DNA of 64,000 nucleotides from Botryllus schlosseri (lineage: Eukaryota), in assembly GCA_051294905.1 (NCBI GenBank), contig CM119379.1, forward strand, positions 22,072,001 to 22,136,000, written 5' to 3'. Position 1 is the stretch's first letter. Each line of letters begins with the position of its first letter. A model generated the notes under the pieces. It did no database searches and was not told where the DNA came from. It saw only the letters and a program-made list of their open reading frames with translations. Positions 21,801 to 33,800 of this stretch are shown here, in pieces. Both the position numbers and the translations under genes were made by a program.

Positions 21801-24800
21801 CCATCAGTAGCGAGACTTTCCGCATCACCATAAATATACACTGTTATGGAAATGTATGTAGGCCCACACGAAATCAAAACCTACTTCAGAATTCAGAAAC
21901 CCCGTGGTCGGGGTGTCGATCAAATATATCACCAGACTTGTTAGCGACTGAACAGCATTTGCGTATTTTTGTTTTTCAATTTACAGCCAATCACTATCAT
22001 CTGGCGTTTTTACTTCTCTGCGTATATTAAATCGCTAATTTTGGTCATTTGATTACTTCGTGGAGAAAAGGCTGTGATTGACTCATGCTTTAGCATTGTT
22101 ATAAAGCGTGCATTGCATACCTTCCAACGCCCCTATGAGCCTACGTTCATTTGTACTCCATTCTAGTTTGATAAGCATTTGGATTGATATGCCGTTTGAT
22201 TTATACCGCATATTATAAGCAAACGAGAGTTGTCATCAGCCGCTTTCGATATCATCCTTATGCTTCACTATTTTATGAGCATCACGACTCACGAGGCCTT
22301 ACCAGGAATTTTTAGTATTTCGTTTGCCTTCACATCACGGAATGCGCTCAGATAAAAACATTCTCTTACATGGGGTTACATTCACAAATCGTGAATTAGA
22401 CTCTATCTATGATATGTACCGAGTATAGTGGGATCCACATTTAAACACATATGCAAGCTACCACATAGGTGGCTTAAAATTCCAAAGCAGTTTCACATCA
22501 TCGTCGCGGTATGTTACCTCCGCGGACAGCCCCACACCTCGCACTCACACGTCACAGCTGCGGCGCAAACGATCTTGCCCGGTGATGACGAAATCGCATC
22601 AACGCCGACAGTTGAAAGCTTTTCGCCTGTTTACAATATTCTCTCTGACAGATGAGCGATTCTCGTAAAGGTGGCTAGACTTTGATTTTTTTGCGGAAAT
22701 TTATCGCGACATAAAGATGCATTTTACGGCTCACCTACAAAAGAATTGATTTCCTGTCCCGCCCGCTACACGGTGGGGTGTAAGAATTTGCTCTTCTATT
22801 TTGGCTACGGTGTAAAAACGATGTAAATCGTCTTAATACGAGTCAACAAATAACGCGGGATATTTATTTTAGTGAGTTACTTATCCCCAAAGTATTCCAA
22901 AATCGCTTCTTCTGCGTTTGACTTTTTTGGACGACAGTTATATATAAATAGCCCGGGAAACGAAAGACCGAAGATACGAATCGTATAGTTGAGATATTTA
23001 TCAACGCAACTAATCGGATCATGAGCGGATGAAACGAGCCGATATCGCGAACATCAACGCAAAATGCAGTCAAGGTTGCTGTGGAAGGATGCCAAATTTC
23101 TCCCAGCTAGTACATAGATTCCTATATCGTGGTCATCGAACGAATACCCGAGTGCAGGAAGCAAAGACAGTGGGATTGAAGAAGACACAATTAACGCACC
23201 TCGCCTCAATTATGGTATTATTAGCGTTCAATACCAAACCGACTGGAGGTCAGACAGACTTTCGTGGCAGAGCTTATTCGAAAGATGAAGGAAGTACACA
23301 TGCGCCGATGGCGAACATCGACAATGATGTAATACATAGGATACGTGCGTTAACGACCCAGGCCGTTATAACCGTCCTAGGCCGCGGTTATCAGAGGCAT
23401 TTAACTGTATTTGAAGCGTCCATACACGGCCACATAGAATTTGGATTCCCGCCACCAAAGCATCGACCGTTGGGTGAGAATACGATTTGTATTCATATCT
23501 TTGAATTTTGATGGCGTATTGCAACTTCCTCAACCAATGTTGTCAACGTAACGAATACTTTTCAATGAATTTTGTATGATTGATAGCAATAATCGAAATT
23601 GTGCATCGTAGACGTTGCGGGGCAATAGGATTCATTAATTATAGCCTACTCCCAAATGTACGACTTCTAACATTAATTTGATTGGGTGGGTCAAGTCCTC
23701 TACATATATAGTTCATACCCTTTATAAAGTGGTTTCAGTCGACAAAAGATTGTCTTGGGCAGACGGTAACGATAACGATCAACAAGATACCTGTACAATA
23801 AGTGTACATGAAAAGCCACGTCCCAGTATTTAACTATTGGCATGGCGTAAAAGTTTAGTATACGTAAAACATATCACTGGAATGCGACGGCTGGATATTG
23901 AATATAGAAGCTTATCGAACGGTGATGTCATCGCATACCTCGCATTTGATACTGAGAAAAATTATCCCGGACGTGTGTATTGAGATTAGGAAACAAGCAC
24001 GCTGGTATGATAGGTCAAACAAAATCTGCGTTACTAGAGATGTTTTGAACCATGTAATGTGTACGGTCTGATCCGTTTCTATATGAATATTGAAGTCGAA
24101 TTATAGCAACAAAAAGCATTTGCAACTAGAGTTTTCGTCAATTTTTTTTTATTGTAAACAAGCACGGCGACGACTCCATAGTAAATAGTGTTTCAAGACA
24201 TCTTGGGGGTAGTTGTATCAGATAGTTGGTGCATCTGACTCCTATTGCGAATCCCGTGTATAAATAATCGTGGAGCATTATCAACTAAATCCAGTTTATG
24301 GCCTTCCTACAAGGGGCGGTGCGAATGTTCTACATCAGCGGTGGCCAAACTTTTCGGCTAAAGGGCCACATTTCATTGACGAACCATCGCGCGGGCCACT
24401 ATCCGCGCTAAGCGCGAAAAATACTCAAAGTTTATAGGTCAATCTTACTGTTACTTGAGCATATTGCGGGTCTGCAGTATATTGCTGGGCTCAGTTTGCA
24501 ATAACTGGACGATTCGGCGCCTGGACATATCGATAACGAAAGCTTCGGCCAACATGAGTCAATAATTTTATGCCTATGTTTCATCGTCGACGGTATTTCT
24601 GCGAGCGAAAACGCAAGGTCGCATCTTAGACGACACTTTCTCTCGTAATTGCGATCATAATTAGACTTAATCTGGTACATTGGCCGTTCTTTTATTTTGA
24701 GGAGGGGGTAACAATATTAAAAGCAAGAAATCGAGTGACAACATATTGCGTGTAGGGTGAAGAAATTTTCACTTTGGATAAATCTACCGCAGAACATTCT

Positions 24801-27800
24801 GCTTATTCTAATGTACGAATATTTACCAAAATTTGACTGGCCCATGGATCTGCCAATTAGGGCTGGGCAAAATCGAGTACCTGAGTGATTCGATTCTGAA
24901 TCATGTATTATGCTTCGAGTCGAGTCGAGTATCACTCCTTATGACGTCATAACATGGCGCTCGACAATAGAGACCGAGCTAGCGCAACGCAGGCTATCGC
25001 TTGAAGACGCCCACGACCGCCCACGCTGAAGGCGCTTAACAAGGGCCCAAAACTGATTATCTTGATGTTCTTTTGTTTCCTGTTTTCTTTTGCCCTTTTA
25101 TTTAATTGAAAGTCGATATCTATATATATATAATGTAAGATGTCAAAGTTCAAATATGTACTTTGCATGTCACCCGAAAGAATAATGCTTGTTATCCATC
25201 ACATTAAAGATACTTTGGTATTTTTTCGACCATACCGAATTCATTGCACTGTGTTACAATGTTGTCGGATGGTCAGAATTTCGGAAATGGGTTATTCCCA
25301 GTAACGTTACTAGCTTTGTACTATATGTTTCGTATGCTGCGATACAGCCAATTAGGGTTCCAAGGCTGTCATAGTGAAAAATAGTACCAAAACTTCAAAT
25401 CTCGTCGATAAATAACTTCCAGTGGCGAGGAGCGTATAATTTCAGTACTCGAAAAACTCGTCTTTTACTACTCGACTCGAATCATTAAAATTATTACTCG
25501 ATTCAGATTCGAGTACTCGAATCATTATGCCCAGCCCTACTGCCAATGCGTCGGACCTGATATTTTAGTCGTCACACCCCAAGTGTTGCAGCCAGACTAA
25601 TCAAATAATTGGTTGGCTATATGCAAGTTCACAATCTGGACAGTGGGCAATCCATAAAAATATTACTATCTTCTAAAATTACCTCGCGGGCCACTCAAAA
25701 CGTTCTCGCGGGCCACATGTGGCCCGCGGGCCACGGGTTGGCCGGCCCTGTTCTACATGTTCGTAGTCAGTATGCGGTTCGCCAAAGTTTTTATGAAATA
25801 TCAGAATTTTCATTGATCTTAGCATTTTTGATTACACGTTCTTGTATTTCAACTTCCGATCACTAACTGCATCACGGTTGCAGCAAGAAAGGATATTCGA
25901 CAGAAAACTAAGATGAATATTGCCAACATTCATATTGATTCTCGTAATTTTTGCTTAATATATCAAGTTATTCCGGGTGCACGTCAAAAATGAACCGCCT
26001 TCGCCCGTGCTACGTGCTTGGGCGGAAATGTTCTAGATGAGATCATGAGCCTATATATGTTCTCACGTAGTAGCGCAGCTACCGATGCCCTATACAACCG
26101 CAAATCATACCTAGATCCGTTACCTAAATCGTTCCTTCTTCCCACAATCCTCCACGAATAGCCCAGCAATACTGGGTGCGAAATACGGGCCCTTACGGGG
26201 CGAAAACTAAGCCAGATGTATTTGAATGTTACCAACGAGTTGTTTTAAGATCAATGATTAGATATCTTACTCCTGCCATTGACAATGACAGCTAGGGTTG
26301 CATTTAAAACAAAAACCAATTTAAAAAAAACCTGTTTTTTTATTTTTATTTTGTTTTTTATGCATGACGTCGCAAATCATTAATTGTGACGATAAAGTGG
26401 ACTGTTATTGTCAACATATAGGGTAAATATGATTCCTTTGCCGATAAAGGCTTCCGACCCCTGTCATAAACGGACAAAAATCTCTTTAGCCTGGACTACA
26501 TCGTTATGCATCATTTTAAAGGTCGGTGGTCATTATTACCAGAACATCCATTCCGTTCCAATGATTCATATCTACGTGCTACAACAATATGTTGAACCTA
26601 CGACGATTTCGAGGGTTCGAACCATTCCATACTGTATACGCTGACTATAGCGGGTGCAAATCGTTCGTAGGCCTACACTCTTACTACAAGTTTGCAGTAT
26701 GTACACAATTTACACAATTAGTATTTATTATTTTGTATTTACACAATTATGGCATACAACTTTTCAATAAAAGCACAATATTTTAATACGCACTTTTTAA
26801 AAACACTGTTTAAAATATGTTTCAAACAAAGTGTTTTAAAACATCATTTGTTTTAAATGCTATTCGAACGATAGCACTCTGATTACCCTGGCAACAGGCG
26901 GGATGTAGTCAGGAATGCAAAATAGATCTGTTTTTAATTGGCATTGTGATAATATACGCATGGTGTCACGTGTACGTGCTTGCTTATGCTTGTTTTCACA
27001 AAAAAACTTTTCTAAAAGTTTGAGTACGCACGAACCCGAAACTTCTAATGGTAAACTCAATCCCTACTTCCTACAAGTTACAACTTCGCGGTCATTGACT
27101 CGCGATCGATCATGTTCACATCACAGCAAGTGATGAAACACTTCATGGTTTGCAAACTTCTTATGTGCCGATACGGAAATTTACTGCAATGCGCTCAACT
27201 AAATCATTCTTCCAAAGCATTGGCGGATAACTTGAGTCTATTCCACTTGATGGATGTATGACTGAATTACCGAGTGAAATTTCCAGCAACTATAAAATGC
27301 GATGCATGAACTTTTTCCGATTTTCATTAATGGCAAATATTGAAAATATTGATTCTGTTGATAGAGGGTATGATATATCAGAGAATACTCGATATTTACG
27401 CAATACCTGATGTTACACTGGTAGATTGAAAAATTCATTGTGGTTTGTTTGTTTGTGGTATTCCTGGTGTTTGTAGACTACTGTGGTCATTTACACCAGA
27501 CCAATTTACTCCATTTCTATTCAGTAGCGGCCGACTTATAGCATGGCCCATTGCGGTAATATGTGGATTGTGGAAGCAAACGTAATTGGAAGTCATTTTT
27601 AAACTGACGCAAGAGGCTGAATGTGACATTCATTTCGTGATTTGGTTAGTTGTTAGAATATATATCACATTCAAAACTAATGTTGAAATTGAAATGGTAG
27701 CCGTATAGTTCGTTAGTGGCTACTCTCCCAATTTATTAACCTAATGATCACACTGCGAGCAATAGGAACCCCGTCAAAAGTTCATTTTGAATTGAACGTC

Positions 27801-30800
27801 CGCACGTTCAACCCTCAACTCGTTAAATAAACAATGTTAATTCATTGGACTTATTGTCCTATGCATGGCGTAAGTAAATTTTCAAATCCATGAAGTGTGG
27901 TTCTTTGTGGTTGACTTCGCAGCCAAGCTGGTATGATGCATTTATTCTCTCCATGAGTTGAGGAATCGTGCGCGTATGTTCGGTGATGCGCATCGAAGTG
28001 CTTTGATAATTAAATTAGCCGAAATCGACGAAAACAAGAACTGCGTGTGGTTTGTAATAATATCAATACATTACGGATAACTACCACCGATTATTGCATT
28101 TGGAATTGTTTGGCGTAATTCAACCCCATTATGACTTTAGCCTATTTGAGGTGTCAAGGCACGCTACGCTGCATAGTATAGTGTAATTATAGAGTCGATA
28201 AAAGATTGTATACGTGCATTCGTTCACTTCAAATTGAGATCTTTCCTTCTACTACAATGCGTGGATAATGGATATCCGATGCATAATCCTAATCGCTCGC
28301 CCTTTCCGTTTTCAGGATCATTGGAGATTTCCGACGTGACGCCTCTAGCACATAACTGCTGCCCCCGAGGTGTCAGGAAAGTGACTCTGAAACACAGCTG
28401 TTCCAACCTTTATCTCACAGTAGACAACTTCGGCCAGGCACGTGCGTGTCAGCTGACGCAGGAAGGGCGAGAGCCCGGCGTCCTGCGTAAAAGCACGCAC
28501 TGCGTCAACGGAAGGAACCTGCACTCCTGCCGTGAGACTCCTTACCTTTACCTTGACTCTCTGAAAAGCGTACGTTCCGTAAACGACACGCCCGTGGACG
28601 CAAATCAGTACAAACTTCGTTTTGAAAGGCGGAATATTCGCAAGAGAGGCAAAAAGGTGATGTACGCTGTAGTCGTGCGAAGCACTTGGGAGATAAAACT
28701 TCGAGCACAGAACAGCATCCTTAGAAGGGCGGTCTCGAAGGCTTGCTTGCAACTGTGGCAAAAATCCATCGACTCTCTATTTCAAAGAGCTTTGTCGGAA
28801 CATAATACCCGGCAAAGACACATACGTTTTGCGACGGTATGCAGTAGCGATCCTGTAGTCGTGAAGGCCGCCATTACTGGTGCTTTTCATAGGGATGATT
28901 TCACGAATGCAGTCGAAGCCGCGTGGCGACAGCAAACTGTTATTGGCCTTCTGGGGACTTCGATGCCGTGGACTCACATGAGTGATACTCACAAGGGCGT
29001 GTTCGCGGTTATAGCGTCTAGAATCGTGAGGAATTATTTACTGGAGTCGCTGCTGCGCGCTGGTAACACACATTGTGTGCGTCAGTCGCAATGGAGCCGG
29101 TTGCCTGCCGAAAATAGGAAATCCCTTCTCGAAAAGACCCTCACGCTATCTTGGCTTCAACGCCAAGTAAACGCACGCGATTTGATCATATCGAGTATCG
29201 AGCAATACCTCGACTCCAGAACTACAACATTCGTCGTAAATGAAGTCCGTTGATTAATAACAATGCGTAAAATACGCGTGTCATCAATTCCCGTGAATCA
29301 AATCCAAATTACAGGTAAGCTTATGCAATGCATGCTTCATTGCAAAAAAATAAACGATCATATCATTACTATACTGTCAAGGAACTGTTCGCGGGCCTTT
29401 ACCAGTTACGGAAACTGAGCCAAAGTCATTTTAAGCCACCTTTCAACTCTTTGACTGATGAATTGGAAGTAGTATACTGGTGTTACGTTACAATGCTATT
29501 ACTAAGGGTCTGCGTTAGAAGCAATCATGGTCACTCCGTTGTTAGTAAAATCCCGGCGTTTGCCGGCGTTGTTTTATTGCGCGCAAATAAACGAAATGTC
29601 AAATGTACCGTGTTTTCTTTACGCTGCGCGACAATGGAAATCGTGCTGTAAAATTATTTTTATGTTTGACGACAAATTGAACTAGCATCTGTAAAAAGGA
29701 CTCCGTGTGTACCGATTGGATTATTCTTTTACGGCTTGCTGAAACTCGCATTTACGACACTTGCGTTACGACTCTTACGAGTGTTGATTGAGAATGATGG
29801 AGTCTCGCGGCAATGCTGTTAGGTGCGATTACACGGTGAGTCTGAAACTACCCAAAAACTCTGCCCGAATTTGATGGGATAGGCTCCAGATGCACATTCG
29901 AACGCTTGTGCCGGTTTTCCCTGTCATACTTTGCCGTACTGGTACGCGGACAACAACTTACACGTTTTGCAACTTCATATAATTAATATTCAATATAAGT
30001 ATAGTCTTGATGAGGGGATAGCACTTTGATGCATTAACATCATTAATTACCACAAGCAGGATGGAGCGCTTGAGATAATCGGTGGCTCTAATACAGGGGC
30101 GGGCAACTTCTTAATCCGGCGGGCCGGATAGGGGAACATGAACATGAGCCGGGCCGGATTCCTGACATTTTTTTATGATTTCAGCATAGTGTCCTATATG
30201 GTGTCGACACAGGCAAATCTCACGCCTCAGTGAAATTGTATCACGTCACAATTTCACTGAGGCGTGAGAATTGCCTGTGTCGACACCATATAGGACACCA
30301 TGATTTCACGGTAACTCCCACCGTGGGAAGGCGCCACAGATCCGCTCAACCTACCTTGCACTACCCTTTGTACATACAATTCAGAGACGCACACATTCCT
30401 GCAGTTGGGCGACCGATTCACGAGCGAGCCCAAATCGGTGATATGAATGTGATTCGAAATCCGATCATATTTGGCAGATAGTCGCGCCAAGCGCGAAAAT
30501 TTTTGGCATATATGAATGAATTTGATCAATGGTATTGGTGAGTGTATGAGCAAGTGGTTTCTTCGAAAATTTACAGCACGTATGATTATAATTTTGAACA
30601 TTGATCATGGCAGTGGCGGCTCGTGACAATATCGGGTGGTGGGGCAAGGGCTGCAAGCGACTTTTTATCAAGATGACGTCACAATGGCGTTTTCCAACGT
30701 AAACAAGTAACTTAATGATGGTGCGGTAACATGAATTTCCCGGCAACAGTGATTTTAACGTATGTGCCACGAGAGGTCCGCTGGTGAGCTGTGACTTGAA

Positions 30801-33800
30801 GTGTGGTAACTGCGTAAACGGCGTACGGAACAAAGATTCAACACGGTTCATGTTCGCATTAGACCTGACTAATTATCTGCAGAAATGGAAATGACTATAA
30901 CTCGAGAGATAGCGTAAGCCTAATTGGAAAGGTCAACGAATTCGGACAGATACGCAATTGTTATCTCATAGATTGGGCCTGTCCTATTGAATCCAAAACA
31001 TCATTCTAAAGAACTAAGAATAGCAGCCTCGGAAATTTGGTCTCGGCAGTCGGTACAGCATAAGAGATTTTGGCCTTGAAACTGCAGACTGTAACACGAC
31101 ACATACGTTTTTATTACTGTCTTATAGGTCTGCTGCGAAATCGCCTTTGGAAAATATGTTACGGAATAAATACGTGGATGAAAGCCTTAAACTTGGTAGA
31201 CTGTTACATGACATTATCGAGAAGTGGCCTCATGGCCCTTTTCGGTATGGTACACTGTCAAAATTAATGCGAACAGACCAACACCGAATTCTGCGTAAAA
31301 TTTACTGAGGAATAGGCTGATCAAGTGATCAGCTGTTAGCCGCCATCGAAAACCTAATAACTATCGCGCTTGACAGGGGGTTGTAAGCAAAGGGCTTGAA
31401 GACCACAATTTCACGGTGAAATTGACATTGGAGAATATAATATCAAAGTAAATATTTGAATGCAAACTGAGAATGATATCATCATCTCAGTTAACGTTAC
31501 CGCAGATACACCGGCTTTTGGGTGAAATCCGCAATGTGTTGTAGGCTAAAGTGTCAGATCGGAGCACATCTTTACCATACTCGACCTTGATAACGAAATT
31601 ACTGCCCTAATCATTGAGTGTCAACCTTGAGACTTGGCACAGCGTTCGATACTAAAATCAAGACATACGGTGCAAAAGCTTATGACGGATCTAGGTAAGG
31701 AGCATCGTTAAAATCAATAGAGACCAATACCGGCTTTGCGTATAATCTGTTAGCGATAAATGACGAGTCAGCTCTCACTCGAATTAGGAAACGAAATTAC
31801 CACTAACACAGTTCAGTGACAAACTTAAAACTTGGTACAGCGTTCGATACTAACATTAAGACTTACCGTGCCAAATGTCATAACCGATCTCAGTATTGAA
31901 CATCGTCAAAACCAATGGATACCATTACCGGCTTTTGAGTAAAATCTGTTTGCGATACATGACGGATCAGCACACACTCAACTTCGGAAACGGAATTACT
32001 ACCCTAAACTTTAAGTAGAAACCCTGAAACTTGGGGCAGTGTTAAATATCACCATCACGACATGACATAACAAGTTTCAAGAGTTTTCATGGTGTGAAAC
32101 CCCATTAAAATCGACCTACACCAGCAAAGGTCGACTAAACGCATATGACGGTAACAGAGTTTAGCTATAGATACGATTGTTACATCACACCTTAAGGGCA
32201 CAGAGCTATCGTGCCCCGGTTGCTCGGTAATTTTATGAATAGGAGAGAGTAAATCACCGTTTCTTTATTGGGCGCGGCTTTGAGAGAATAGATAGTGAAA
32301 GCTTGTTATGAGCGCTACCGGGGCAAGCCCCGGCTAGGCATTCGCAAAGCGAAAACACAGAAGAGAATTCGATTTTCGCAGAGACTTCGCTATATATGGG
32401 CGTTTACAAGCGAAAGGACAAGAAGTATACGATTTTCGCTGTGATTTCGGTTTATATAGATAGGTGTGCGTCTATACATGGTAAAGAATTGTTATTTAAC
32501 AGAATTTTAGGTGGGGCAATGCCCCAGTTGCCCTATAGGACGAGCCGCCACTGGATCATGGCATAAGAATATACATACATCCATGAGCTTATCGCAGATT
32601 TTTCACTTCGGGTGGGTTCATTCTTATTAATTAGTTTGTTGAAAACTCCTGCAACCCAACGGTCTCGGGCTATTCTAGTGTATTTATGATACTGTATTCT
32701 CATAATCAAGACACGCGCGACGCACGTATATAGAGACACTAAACCACGCGCCGCGCGCGAAAAGATTTTAGTTTGAATCCATCTGCCCGAAAATATTCCA
32801 CTATTTATAAATATTACGAATATTCTCGAAAAATTTGGGAATGACATGGTCCCATTCGCCCCTGGCTACGTCAATGCGGTGAACATCAGTTGTATTGGAA
32901 GGTCGCTTTGTCGTGCTAATGTTCATGCTTGAAAATGTTTGTGCCTAAATGCCTGTACACGGCGACGCGGGCCTCTTCATCACGTAAGACCGAAAACTGT
33001 CAGCGGGCCGCACAAAATCCCCTCGCGGGCCGGATCCGGCCCGCGGGCCGTATGTTGCCCGCCCCTGCTCTAATATATATGTCTGGGCGGTCAACGAAGA
33101 TGTAACAGCTGGCGGTGGCGGTGTATTGTGTGCAGAAAGGCATAATTCTAGTTTTCTATAATTAGACCAGAGGTTTTCAACCCTTTTTTGAGCGTGGCCC
33201 ATTTTCGGGGTTGAAAATGTTCTGCGACCCACCTCTTTGCCTAGATTCATAGTCCTGCTCAATGCGAGGTAACCGTCGGGGCCGATCTGCCTATTTCTCT
33301 ATGCACATTTTCTTACTATTTATATTAAAACCTAGACCTCTTGCGACATGGAATCTAAACCTCTTGCGACACAAATTTTCAAGTTGATTAAATCTCCTAA
33401 AAAACGACTAACGAAATAAACATTCAATCAACGTTCAATCCAATGATACAATAAATTCATGTGGCTCTTACAATATGTAGAACGATTTCAAGACCGGACA
33501 TTGTTAGACCGACTCCAAAGATTAATGCGCTTCACTACACTACACCCCTGGGATATATCTCTAATATCTCTCTTTACGTGTAATCTCCAATTTTGTACCA
33601 GAAAGTGTTGATGGCCTGGTTTTCACGCTATACGCTGGCGGAAATTTGGTCAATACACCTATTTTCTACTCACGTATTTACAGCATATAGTATGTACGCA
33701 GCTGGTATCATAAGTATCTCTGATTTCTGTTGTATTATTATTAATGACACGAAATTTAGTTTTCGTTAGCAAGCACGCATAATTCGGCTGGACACATTCA

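Larger units (their letters stand above)
30094..33067. mobile_element. 3-kb non-autonomous hAT (Charlie/Buster-type) element with 8-bp TSD CTCTAATA
   Basis: TIR CAGGGGCGGGCAAC / GTTGCCCGCCCCTG. CTCTAATA at 30086-30093 and 33068-33075. Contains a hairpin and a nested element. Confidence 0.9.

Noticed and set aside
22233-22250. GAAA followed by CTGATGA on the minus strand as a type II hammerhead
   Set aside because: Only 4 nt separate the motifs, leaving no room for stems III and I.
23029-23511. 160-aa plus-strand ORF in the large L1 intron
   Set aside because: No recognisable motif, no convincing splice context, and other frames are uninformative. Treated as a chance ORF or unrecognisable remnant.
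27840-28115. Candidate upstream exons for the FGF-like gene (donor GTAAGT at 27870; RNRRKQELRVVC segment)
   Set aside because: Splice phases are incompatible with the phase-1 acceptor at 28316 or create stop codons, and there is no FGF first-exon motif.
28345-28761. 138-aa minus-strand ORF
   Set aside because: Antisense shadow of the GC-rich plus-strand coding exon.
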